Shown: positions 1 through 9,139 of the stretch, one piece after another | Layout: each line of letters starts with the position of its first letter | Position numbering within the stretch: the first letter of the stretch is position 1 | Origin: a bacterium | Lineage (GTDB): Bacteria > RBG-13-61-14 > DATKZS01 | Direction of reading: 5' to 3' | Length of the DNA stretch: 64,000 nucleotides | NCBI GenBank assembly: GCA_963674965.2 | Contig: CAXXFL010000002.1 | Coordinates: 160,001 to 224,000, forward strand | Notes under the pieces: generated by a model | Told to the model about the DNA's origin: nothing | Databases searched by the model: none | What the model saw: only the letters and a program-made list of their open reading frames with translations | Made by a program: the position numbers and the translations under genes

Positions 1-74
1 TCCGTCAAAAGGGACGGCCTGGAGGGCTCGGCCGCCGGTTCCGCTTTGTCGCTTTTCTTTTTCTTTTCCTTCAT
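1..74 (-). CDS. 5' end of a gene running off the window edge (MKEKKKKSDKAEPAAEPSRPSLLT...)
   Basis: ATG at 74 on the minus strand, frame open to the window edge; function unknown. Confidence 0.4.
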   Translation of the reverse strand, partial: MKEKKKKSDKAEPAAEPSRPSLLT

Positions 75-393
75 AAGCTACGATTATAAACCCCGGCGGC
101 CCGATTGGAAAGCCCCGTTCCCGATCTCTCCCGTTTGCCGTGCATGAAAAAAAGCCGCCTTCCCGCGCCAAAGGGCTTGGCAAAAGAGATCACGCCGGAC
201 ATGACGCCCCGCGGGGCCCGGCCCTCCGGCCCAAGATGTTTTACAATTGCAATGGCTTGGACTTGCCCCGCCGCAAGTCGCGTCTTCTGTCCGCGCCGAG
301 CGCGGATTCTTTGGCCTCATTCTCGATCTTGCACGGCCGCTTGATCCACGCCGCCGCGGCCGGCGAGCGAAGAGAGTAGCTCGACTTATCCCG

Positions 394-3300
394 TTACTCT
401 CCCTTAACGGTGAAAATGCGTTTTTTGTAGATGGGGTCGTGGTAGCGGCCTTTGCCGTCGTTGCCGCATTGGGGGAGGGAGACGTCGATGAGTATGGTAC
501 CGGGAGAATCGACGCGCAGGACCACGCTCGATCTTCCTCCCGAGGCCATGGTCCAGGACACGTCGTAGCGCCCGCCGCCGCTTTGTCCTTCTCCACCCAG
601 GATGGTGGCCGATCCGGACGACGAGTCCCCGTCGATCTCGAAGACCACGCCGAAGCCGGCCGAGAAGGTCGAGTCCTCGTTGAGTACCGCCACCGTGAGT
701 CCGGCGGTCGAGCCTACCGCGGCGGTCACGGAGTCCTGTCCTATAACCACCAGGTCCACGGGCCGGGCGGGCACGCTCGAGACGGTCTGCATGGATACCA
801 TTTGTTTGAGCAGGGAAATATCGAGAGGGGAGACCGCCCCGTCCATGTCCATCTCCTGGGTGTCGCCGTTCGGGGGCAGGACGCCCTCGTATGAAACGGA
901 TTTGAGCGCCACGCGCTGGCTGAGGGCCGACAGGTCCAGGGGCGAGACGACCCCGTCCGCGGCGGCCTTGTCTCCGGCCTCTCCCCAGAAGTAGCAACCG
1001 GCCGCGCCCGCGGGCTCGGGCGACCAGGGGTCGGAGCCGTTCCAGTACTCGTGAGAGTTGGAGTTGCCGTCGCCGTCGAAGTCGGCGGCCATGCCGTCGT
1101 CCGGGTCCATGGCGTCGAGGTTTTGTGAGTGCCCGGTGGCGTTGGCGACCTCGAAGGGATCGGGCATGGCGTCGCCGTCCGAGTCCCAGGCGAGGGCGCT
1201 GGTTCCGTGGACCGATATCTCGTCCCCATCGCCGAGCCCGTCGGAGTCGGTATCGGGGTTGGTGGGGACCGTGCCATAGGTATCGACCTCGGCCCCGTCT
1301 TCGAGTCCGTCCCCATCCGAGTCGGGCTCGCAGGCGTCGGTCGAGTGGTTGTACTCGGCCAGGTTGGCCAGGCCGTCCAGGTCGTTGTCCATGGCCGAGT
1401 CGCCGACTAAAAGGTCCAGGCCGCAGGACTCGTGGGCGTCCTCCCACCCGTCGGGCATGAGGTCGCCGTCGGTGTCGTCCGAGCAGGGGGCCGAGGAGTG
1501 GACGTACTCGGCCATGTTGTTCAAGCCGTCGGCGTCGGGGTCCAGGACGGTGTCCGCGCCCAGCGGGTCGAGGCAGACGTCGTTGGCGACCTCGAAGGCG
1601 TCGTCCATGCCGTCGCCGTCAGTGTCCGGGTCAAGGGGATTGGTGGAGAAGAGGATGACCTCGTCGCCGTCGAGCAGTCCCTCCATGTCCGTGTCGGCCA
1701 TGCAGGGGCTGGTCCCCTCCAGTAACTCCTCCATGTTGGTGAAGCCGTCCGCGTCATCGTCGGCCAGGGTGTCGGCCTCGAGCGGGTCCACCCCGCAGGC
1801 GGAATAAGCCACCTCCCAGGCGTCGCCAATCCCGTCGTCGTCCGTGTCCGGATCGCAGGGGTCGGTGTCCGCGTAAAACTCGTAAAGGCTGGCCAGGCTG
1901 TCGCCGTCCTGGTCCAGGGCCGAGTCGGGCACGAGGTAATCGAGGCAGTAATGAGAGTCCTCCCAGACGTCGCACATGCCGTCGCCGTCCGAGTCCTCGG
2001 GAGTGCAGGGGTCGGTCGAGTTGCCGTATTCCACAATGTTCGGGCAGTAATCCCCGTCCTCGTTCTCGTCGCCGTCGTCAACGGTCGCGTCCAGGCAGGA
2101 GTAGTAAACCTCCCAGCCGTCGTCCATGGTGTCGCCGTCCGTGTCCGGGTCGCACGGGTCCATGTAGAGGGAGTACTCGTACTCCTCGAGGCTGGCCAGT
2201 CCGTCCGCGTCGGGGTCGAGGTCCGAGTCCGCCGAGTCCGCGTTCAGACAGCCGTGCAGGTTTTCCCAGTGGTCCCTGATTCCGTCGGCGTCGCGGTCAC
2301 CGTTAAGAGCGTAATAATACTCGACGATCTCGTTGTTTTTCCGGCCGACCAGATACATGCCCGAGTAGGTCAAGATGGGCTTCCCATATTTAAGCCCGCT
2401 CGCGTCCTGTGGCGGAAGGGGCTCGGAACCGAGAGTGGCGGCAGGAAAGACCCGGGTCATTCCCGCCTCTCCCGAGTTGTCGTTCCACGACGCCGCTCCA
2501 TAGCCGAAGTGTCCGTCAATCAGCCCGAAGTCGTACAAGGTGGGCATGTTCGACTCGTCCAGACAAGGGGAAGAACCCGAGCAGAAGTTCCTGACCGACC
2601 GCCATTCGCCTTCCTCATACATGTGGACCTCGGCGAAATGCTGGTTCGGCGTGTATGGATCCGTAAAATGGGCCTCGAGCACCCCGAAGACGATCGGCTC
2701 GCCCTGGTTGTTCACCCGTATGCGGGTTTGGCCGAACTCACATCCGCTGTAGATTCTTTCGCCCGCGCCCTCCCAGGTATTGTAGTCCACGGTCTCTTCA
2801 TCCCACCCGCCGCCGGGCGTATAAATATAGTGACTCAGGGAGTAAGTATATCCGTCGGTCTGGTTATGGGAAATATGGATTTTGCCGTCCGGTCCCTCCG
2901 CCAGGTCGGTCACGCCGCAAAGTCCTTCCTGGTAAGAACCGTCAAGTCTCCAACTCTTGCCGGACACCTCGCTCCAGGAGTCGTTTTGCCAGGCGTAGAG
3001 TCGCGAGTAAATCCCGTCCTCGCAAAGCGCGTAGACCGTCCCGTCCCGGGCCGCCTCGAGGCCCATGCAAAAACGCTGTTCCTGAGGGGTTATTTGCTGG
3101 ACCCACTGGCCGCCGACGCGGGTTGCAAACCTGGAGCGGTAACCGACCTCGTACCACATGACGTGAACGGCGCCGTCGCCGCCCGCGGCGATCCTCACGT
3201 TGTCGACGGGGGCCGTCGAGCAGGCGGCGATCATCTCGGGCTCGGTCCAGCCCGACTCGTCCCGGAAGGCGTAATAGATTTCGTGGGGGGCCTCGGGGTA

Positions 3301-4923
3301 AACGCTGTTGCCGTTCATGATCCAGGCCGCGTGAAAGTTGTAGTCGTCGTCCCGGTCCACGTCCATCATCGGGAACATGTCCGCGCCTTCGCCGGCGGGT
3401 CTTCCCTCCCATACCTCATGGGGCCCGTCCCAAACGGGATGGTTCCATTCGCACGGGTCGAGGCCCAGGTTGTATTCGTCGAGGCTGCTCAGGACGTCGA
3501 GGTCCGGACTGTACTGGGAATCGAACGCGACGGCGTCGATGCAGGGGTGGGTGGACTCGAAGTTGTCGTCCATGCCGTCTCCGTCCGTGTCCGGGTTACA
3601 AGGGTCGGTGGAAAAGCCATATTCCTCGAGGTTGTCCAGGTTGTCCGAGTCGTAATCCGAGCCACAGTCGGCCTGGCCGATCATCATGCACGGATAGGCG
3701 GCCTCCCAGGCGTCGGGCAGCCCGTCTGCGTCCGTGTCGGAGAGGCATGGGTTCGAAAGCTTTTGGAACTCTTCCAGGTTGGAAAGACCGTCCGAGTCAT
3801 AGTCGCCTCCGGAGTCGGACGAGTCGCCGTCCACGCAGGGGTACAAGTCCTCCCAGTAGTCGGAGGCCCCGTCGCCGTCTCGGTCCTCGAAAAGGCACGG
3901 GTCGGTCGAGGCCCCGTACTCGATGGAGTTTGAAGCCCCGTCGCCGTCGTAGTCCATCTGGGCGTCGGCCGTTCCCGAGGCCATGCAGCCGTGAGTATCT
4001 TCCCAGACGTCAGGTAAACCGTCGCCGTCGGAGTCGTTCTGGGCGCAGGGGTCGGACGAGATAAGCCATTCCTCCAGGTTGAGGACCAGGTCGGCGTCAG
4101 GGTCGGCAAGGGAGTCGCCCACCAAAAGGGCGACGCAGGAATATGAATGCTCCCAGCCGTCGGGCATGCCGTCGCCGTCGGTGTCGCTTTGGCAAGGATG
4201 GGCCGAGCTTGCGTACTCGAGGGAATTGGCGAGCAGGTCGCCGTCCGGGTCCAGGTCGCCGTCGGCCGTGTCGCCCATCATGCAGGGATAGGAGTCTTCC
4301 CACTCGTCGGAGATCAAGTCCCCGTCCCGGTCGTTTATAACCTGGAGGGGAACGCCAAGCTCGGCGTCGTTATAGACCATGCAGCCGTCGTCGTAACCCA
4401 CGCGGTAGTCAATCTGAAAATCCCCGGACGTGTCGCCGACCGCAAGGGACACGGTAACGACGAAGGAGCCGCAGGTCGAGTCTCCCGAGAGCGAGCCCGT
4501 CCACCAGTAGTAGCCGGGACCGGACGGATAGTCGGACTCGACCAGGGCGGCGCGAGCCGAGTCGTCGTCAAGAAGGGTCGAGCCCCAATAGGCGCCGGTG
4601 ACGGAAAAGCCCTCGGGCAGCTTGATGGCGCCAAATCGCGTCGATCCCCGGGCCGCTTCCTCCTCGTTCGACGAGAGGGTCACGTCATATTCCACGGTCG
4701 TAAGTCGTCCGGCCCTCTCGGGTTGGGCGACCTCGACTATCTCGAGACAGCCGGAAAGGAAAAAAACCATAAAGGAAATAAAAATTATGAGGAAGACGCC
4801 GGGGCTAAAGTCGGCTGGGGATGACTTGATTCGGCGGCAATTTCCTGAAAACAACCTATAAAGACTCGCGTTTGCAACCTTACGTGACATTGGATAAATA
4901 AAGTTCATAAAGCCACTACTCAT
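394..4923 (-). CDS. Large surface (lipo)protein with Asp-rich Ca-binding (thrombospondin type-3-like) repeats, a central beta-propeller-like region and a C-terminal dockerin-like duplication
   Basis: Hydrophobic stretch ending in lipobox-like FLSGC; many DxDxDG(M/L)xDxWE...DPC repeats; C-terminal DGVVSPLDLSAL / DMDGAVSPLDISLL pair; true start may be downstream of 4923. Confidence 0.8.
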   Translation of the reverse strand: MSSGFMNFIYPMSRKVANASLYRLFSGNCRRIKSSPADFSPGVFLIIFISFMVFFLSGCLEIVEVAQPERAGRLTTVEYDVTLSSNEEEAARGSTRFGAIKLPEGFSVTGAYWGSTLLDDDSARAALVESDYPSGPGYYWWTGSLSGDSTCGSFVVTVSLAVGDTSGDFQIDYRVGYDDGCMVYNDAELGVPLQVINDRDGDLISDEWEDSYPCMMGDTADGDLDPDGDLLANSLEYASSAHPCQSDTDGDGMPDGWEHSYSCVALLVGDSLADPDADLVLNLEEWLISSDPCAQNDSDGDGLPDVWEDTHGCMASGTADAQMDYDGDGASNSIEYGASTDPCLFEDRDGDGASDYWEDLYPCVDGDSSDSGGDYDSDGLSNLEEFQKLSNPCLSDTDADGLPDAWEAAYPCMMIGQADCGSDYDSDNLDNLEEYGFSTDPCNPDTDGDGMDDNFESTHPCIDAVAFDSQYSPDLDVLSSLDEYNLGLDPCEWNHPVWDGPHEVWEGRPAGEGADMFPMMDVDRDDDYNFHAAWIMNGNSVYPEAPHEIYYAFRDESGWTEPEMIAACSTAPVDNVRIAAGGDGAVHVMWYEVGYRSRFATRVGGQWVQQITPQEQRFCMGLEAARDGTVYALCEDGIYSRLYAWQNDSWSEVSGKSWRLDGSYQEGLCGVTDLAEGPDGKIHISHNQTDGYTYSLSHYIYTPGGGWDEETVDYNTWEGAGERIYSGCEFGQTRIRVNNQGEPIVFGVLEAHFTDPYTPNQHFAEVHMYEEGEWRSVRNFCSGSSPCLDESNMPTLYDFGLIDGHFGYGAASWNDNSGEAGMTRVFPAATLGSEPLPPQDASGLKYGKPILTYSGMYLVGRKNNEIVEYYYALNGDRDADGIRDHWENLHGCLNADSADSDLDPDADGLASLEEYEYSLYMDPCDPDTDGDTMDDGWEVYYSCLDATVDDGDENEDGDYCPNIVEYGNSTDPCTPEDSDGDGMCDVWEDSHYCLDYLVPDSALDQDGDSLASLYEFYADTDPCDPDTDDDGIGDAWEVAYSACGVDPLEADTLADDDADGFTNMEELLEGTSPCMADTDMEGLLDGDEVILFSTNPLDPDTDGDGMDDAFEVANDVCLDPLGADTVLDPDADGLNNMAEYVHSSAPCSDDTDGDLMPDGWEDAHESCGLDLLVGDSAMDNDLDGLANLAEYNHSTDACEPDSDGDGLEDGAEVDTYGTVPTNPDTDSDGLGDGDEISVHGTSALAWDSDGDAMPDPFEVANATGHSQNLDAMDPDDGMAADFDGDGNSNSHEYWNGSDPWSPEPAGAAGCYFWGEAGDKAAADGVVSPLDLSALSQRVALKSVSYEGVLPPNGDTQEMDMDGAVSPLDISLLKQMVSMQTVSSVPARPVDLVVIGQDSVTAAVGSTAGLTVAVLNEDSTFSAGFGVVFEIDGDSSSGSATILGGEGQSGGGRYDVSWTMASGGRSSVVLRVDSPGTILIDVSLPQCGNDGKGRYHDPIYKKRIFTVKGE

Positions 4924-5013
4924 TATAATCGACGAAATTCTTAATATCTTTAGATATGACTCTCCTTCGAAAGCCGAAACCCATCCTCGAAATCTAAAAT
5001 TTCTCTAATATTA

Positions 5014-5042
5014 GTTATAGTTGCGATTTAGGCGATTGTCAA
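5014..5042 (-). promoter_or_regulatory. Sigma70-type promoter for the surface protein gene
   Basis: TTGACA-17 nt-TATAAC on the minus strand in an AT-rich intergenic region. Confidence 0.55.
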
Positions 5043-5249
5043 TCCGGCCAAGAAAAAATCCCTGTTATTTCGGTATATTAAAGATATGAATCAGTTTGTC
5101 CAAGGACGGGGAACGGGCACTTGCGCGGTTGTACAACATGTCGATTTTACATGGGAAACCTTTGCCCGGTCCATCTCGACTTTGGCCGTACCCGGCTTAT
5201 TCGGCTTCTTCCGCGCTGAAGAAGGCATGAGCAGGAAAATGAAACGAGA

Positions 5250-6368
5250 TTACCAGGAGCCGGATTTGACGGCGCCGCTCCCGTCGCAATACATGGGTCT
5301 TACCTTGACCTCGCCGTCCGCGCCGACCTCGATCTCGATAAAGGTAGCCGGTTTTCCCGCTCGCTCGTAAAAGGCCCCCGCGTTGTAGACCTTTATATCG
5401 CGGTCCTTGTATATTCTCGAGTCCGTCGGAAGAAGACGGGTGTTCGAGGCGTGCTGCACGTGAGTGTGACCGAAGATAAAGTAGTCAGGGGGCGAGTCAT
5501 AACCCCGGAAGTATTTGATATAGGCCTCGATGGCCCGAAGCCGCTCCCTGTATATCTTTTTTCCCTTCATTTCTTCCAGGGGAAACAGTAGCTTGACGAG
5601 ATTGAAACCGACGGCCGGAATAAGCTTTCTTATCCTGCTCGCGATGTTTCCCGGTCCCACCAGGTCGTCGACCAGGTCGCGGGTGGTCCTGGTAAAGGAC
5701 ACGGCGTTGGCAACGGTCTGATACTGGGCGGTCTCGATGAAGATTTTTTTGCGCGCCCCCAGGATCGCCTTTTCGTCCTTGGCCTTCTCGAACTTATCCT
5801 CCAGGCGGTTGAAAAGGGTCTGCTTCTCGTCCAGGTAATGGCCGTGAGTAAAAAGCATGGTCCATGACGGGCCTTTTACCTCGTGGTCCGGGTATTTTAC
5901 CGTCACCTTCGGCCGGGCCGGCTCGGGGAATATGCCGGAGATAAAAGACGCTCCATTTGCCCACGCGTCCTCCTCGTGGGGGGACTCCACGCTTCCCATT
6001 CTTTCTCCCGCGGCCAGAACGTCAACGCAGACCACCTGGGTGGAGAGCATGTCCCATATTTTATAGTCGTGGTTGCCCGGAAGATATATCCATTGCCCGG
6101 CCAACTCGCCTATCGACCGGTCCTTGTCAAGGCCCTCCAAAAAGGAGCGGAAGCCAAACAGCCCTCTTCCTCCCTCGATGGATTTGGTGAACGTGGAAAG
6201 GTTGACGTCGAGGAGGTCGCCGGTAAAGATGATCTCCTTGTACGGGCCATGGGATAAAAGGTATTCCGTCACCCCGTCCGAGACGGCCTTCCTGTTGATG
6301 GAAGACTCCTTTGTCCCGAAATGGACGTCGGACAATACAAGGTACTTGGCCGGGGCCGAGTCGTTCAC
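5250..6368 (-). CDS. Calcineurin-like metallophosphoesterase
   Basis: Motifs SDVHFG, GDLLD, PGNHD, THGH, FGHTH, NAG; GTG start after AGGAGG. Confidence 0.85.
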   Translation of the reverse strand: MNDSAPAKYLVLSDVHFGTKESSINRKAVSDGVTEYLLSHGPYKEIIFTGDLLDVNLSTFTKSIEGGRGLFGFRSFLEGLDKDRSIGELAGQWIYLPGNHDYKIWDMLSTQVVCVDVLAAGERMGSVESPHEEDAWANGASFISGIFPEPARPKVTVKYPDHEVKGPSWTMLFTHGHYLDEKQTLFNRLEDKFEKAKDEKAILGARKKIFIETAQYQTVANAVSFTRTTRDLVDDLVGPGNIASRIRKLIPAVGFNLVKLLFPLEEMKGKKIYRERLRAIEAYIKYFRGYDSPPDYFIFGHTHVQHASNTRLLPTDSRIYKDRDIKVYNAGAFYERAGKPATFIEIEVGADGEVKVRPMYCDGSGAVKSGSW

Positions 6369-6495
6369 GCGATCATCCTCCTTTTAAGTATATAATGCCA
6401 GTTTATCGGTTATTGAATATACCCTGGCCATGAAAATGTCAAGAAAAATAGTTAATCCAAGGCCATAAGTGACAAAAGGTCATTATTTCTGTAGA

Positions 6496-9111
6496 ATGTC
6501 CGGGATGAATACATTGGATAATATTCTGGACCTCGTTCAAACACCCGGGCGCTACCTGCCCATGGAGATGAACGCCGTAAAAAAGGACCTTGGATCGGCT
6601 CGGGTAAAAATAGCCCTTTGTTTCCCCGACGCCTATGAAGTCGGTTTCAGTCACCTGGGCGTAAGGATACTGTACCATCTGATCAACGATATGGAGGGCA
6701 TGGCCTGCGACAGGGCCTACGCTCCCTGGACCGACATGGAAAATCTGATGCGGCGCGAGGGCATTCCCCTTTGCTCCCACGAGAGCGGCCTCCCTTTGCG
6801 CGATTTCGACGTGGTCGGTTTTTCCCTCACCTACGAGCTTTGCTACACCAACGTCCTTAACATACTAGACCTTTCGGGCGTGCCTCTCAAGGCGGCCGAC
6901 AGGGAGGAAGGCGATTGGCCCCTTGTCCTGGGGGGAGGTCCCTGCGCCTCCAACCCCGAGCCGGTGGCGCCCTTTTTCGACGCTTTCCTTTTTGGAGACG
7001 GCGAGGAGGCGGTGCCCCAGATACTGGAGACGGTCGCCAGGTGGAAGGAAAAGGCCGGGAAAAAACGCGATCTGCTCGAGGAACTCTCAGGCGTCGAGGG
7101 CGTTTACATACCCTCCTTTTTCGAGCCCGAGTATAACGCCGACGGGACCGTCAAGGAGATAAGGGCCCTTAAAAAAGGATACGAGAGCGTTAAAAGGCGG
7201 ATCGTCTCCGACCTCGACTCGGCTTACTTCCCGGAGAAACCCATGGTCCCGGTGATCGAGCCCGTCCATGACCGCTTGGCGGTGGAGATAGCCCGGGGCT
7301 GCTCGAGGGGATGCAGGTTCTGCCACGCGGGCGTGGTCTGCCGCCCGGTGAGGGAGCGCTCGCCGGAGAGGATCAAGGAAATAATCAGGAATGGCCTCGC
7401 CTCCACGGGCTATGAGGAATGTTCGCTGCTCAGCCTTTCCGTCGGCGACTACTCCTGCGTTTCCAGCCTTCTGGCCGACGTCATCAAGGAGCATTTCGAG
7501 GACCGCGTCTCGATCAGCCTTCCCAGCCTGAGGGTAAAGGGTCTGTCGGACGAGGCCATCGACGCCATCGAGAGCGTGAAGAAAACGGGTTTCACCCTGG
7601 CGCCCGAGGCCGGCACGGAAAGGCTGCGCCGGGTCATCAACAAGGACTTTACCGAGGAGGAGCTGATCGACACGGCCGAGCGGGTGTTCGCTCGAGGCTG
7701 GCTGGGCATGAAGCTTTATTTCATGGTCGGTCTTCCCACGGAGACCGATGAAGACGTGGACCGGATAGCCCGCCTGGCCAACCGGATCGCCTCGATCAAG
7801 GGGGTCAGGGGAAAACCCAGGGTGACCCTTAGCTTGAGCGGCTTCGTGCCCAAGCCCCATACGCCCTTCCAGTGGGAGGGACAGCTCGATGAGGAGGGAA
7901 TAATCAAGGCGCGGGACAGGGTAAGGGACGGCTTTCGCGGCAGAAGCAAAAAGCTCAAGTGGCACGACCCCGCCATGACCGCTCTGGAGGGGGTCTTCAG
8001 CCGGGGGGACAGAAGACTGGCCCGGGTCCTTTTGCTGGCCCATGAAAAAGGGCGCAAGTTTGACGGCTGGAGCGACGGCTTCGATAAAGAGGCCTGGGCC
8101 GAGATTTTTTCCGAGGCCGGCGTCGATCCCACCTTTTACAACGTCCGCGAGCGCGGCCTGGGCGAGGTTTTTCCCTGGGACCGACTCGACGCGCGCGTGG
8201 ATAAGGAGTGGCTTTTAGCGGAAAGGGAAAAAGCCCGCCGCGAGGAGAGGACACCCGATTGCGCCGAGACGGGATGCGTGAATTCATGCGGCGTGTGCGA
8301 TCACCGGGGAATCAGGCCCGAGCGCGACAACGCGGGCTCCACCCCGGCCCGGACCCTGGCCGCCAGGCGCGGCAAGGACGATACGGACGTTTTTTTCGTG
8401 TACCGTTTACGCTACGCCCGCCGCGGCCCCATGCGGTTCATGGGCCAGCTCGAGGTTATACGGCTTTACTCGAGGGCCGTAAGGAGGGCTGGTATTCCCA
8501 TCCGCTACAGCCAGGGATTTACCCCGCTTCCCCGGATCAAGTTCGGGCCTTCCCCCCCGGTGGGCGTGGCCAGCGAGGCCGAGTACGTGGACCTAGACCT
8601 GACGCGGTCCCTCCCCGAGGAGGAGGTCAAAAGAAGAATGGGCTCGGCCTTGCCCGAGGGAATCGAGGTCTTGTCGGTCGAGTCCATACCCGCGAAATCT
8701 ACCCCCATTACGGCCGCGGTCACTGGTTTCGACTACGTGGTAATAATTCCTCCCGGCGTGGAGGCGGTTTTTATGGAGGACGACGCGGATAAGTTCATGG
8801 CCCTCGATGAGGCCCCTCTGGTACAAAAGCGCGAAAAAGGCGAGCGCGAGGTGGATATAAGATCGAGAGTGAAGTATATAAATGTAGAGGACCAAAAAAC
8901 GGTTAAGCTTGGGTTGAAAGTGGTCGAGGGGCCCGGAGTCAAGCCGCTCGAGCTTATCGAGTACGTTTTCGGCGTGGCCGGCGACGACCTGAAGCGGCTT
9001 CAAGTGACCAGGCTGGACGCGAAGTTCATGCGGGCGAGCCCGATCAGGTACTCGGGAAAACCCGACCGGACCAGGCGGGGCCCCTCCCGGGGAAAAAGGA
9101 GGACGCGTTGA
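6496..9111 (+). CDS. TIGR03960-type B12-binding radical SAM protein fused to a TIGR03936/DUF2344 radical SAM-linked domain
   Basis: FPDAYEVGFSHLG, RGCSRGCRFC, TLAPEAGTERLR, FVPKPHTPFQW; C-terminal RRAGIPIRYSQGFTPLPRIKFG; start could be 6496 or 6505. Confidence 0.9.
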   Translation: MSGMNTLDNILDLVQTPGRYLPMEMNAVKKDLGSARVKIALCFPDAYEVGFSHLGVRILYHLINDMEGMACDRAYAPWTDMENLMRREGIPLCSHESGLPLRDFDVVGFSLTYELCYTNVLNILDLSGVPLKAADREEGDWPLVLGGGPCASNPEPVAPFFDAFLFGDGEEAVPQILETVARWKEKAGKKRDLLEELSGVEGVYIPSFFEPEYNADGTVKEIRALKKGYESVKRRIVSDLDSAYFPEKPMVPVIEPVHDRLAVEIARGCSRGCRFCHAGVVCRPVRERSPERIKEIIRNGLASTGYEECSLLSLSVGDYSCVSSLLADVIKEHFEDRVSISLPSLRVKGLSDEAIDAIESVKKTGFTLAPEAGTERLRRVINKDFTEEELIDTAERVFARGWLGMKLYFMVGLPTETDEDVDRIARLANRIASIKGVRGKPRVTLSLSGFVPKPHTPFQWEGQLDEEGIIKARDRVRDGFRGRSKKLKWHDPAMTALEGVFSRGDRRLARVLLLAHEKGRKFDGWSDGFDKEAWAEIFSEAGVDPTFYNVRERGLGEVFPWDRLDARVDKEWLLAEREKARREERTPDCAETGCVNSCGVCDHRGIRPERDNAGSTPARTLAARRGKDDTDVFFVYRLRYARRGPMRFMGQLEVIRLYSRAVRRAGIPIRYSQGFTPLPRIKFGPSPPVGVASEAEYVDLDLTRSLPEEEVKRRMGSALPEGIEVLSVESIPAKSTPITAAVTGFDYVVIIPPGVEAVFMEDDADKFMALDEAPLVQKREKGEREVDIRSRVKYINVEDQKTVKLGLKVVEGPGVKPLELIEYVFGVAGDDLKRLQVTRLDAKFMRASPIRYSGKPDRTRRGPSRGKRRTR

Positions 9112-9139
9112 AAGAACTCTCAGGTTATTACGGCGGAAG

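Noticed and set aside
1951-3933. 660-aa + strand ORF and similar long antisense ORFs (16168-18153, 17894-19252, 24974-26200, 32181-33692, 62438-63643)
   Set aside because: They lie opposite well-supported genes and lack motifs; they are shadow ORFs expected from high GC3 codon bias
4960-5000. c-di-GMP riboswitch upstream of the surface protein gene
   Set aside because: GAAA-containing segments are on the wrong strand for this gene and do not form the required paired stems
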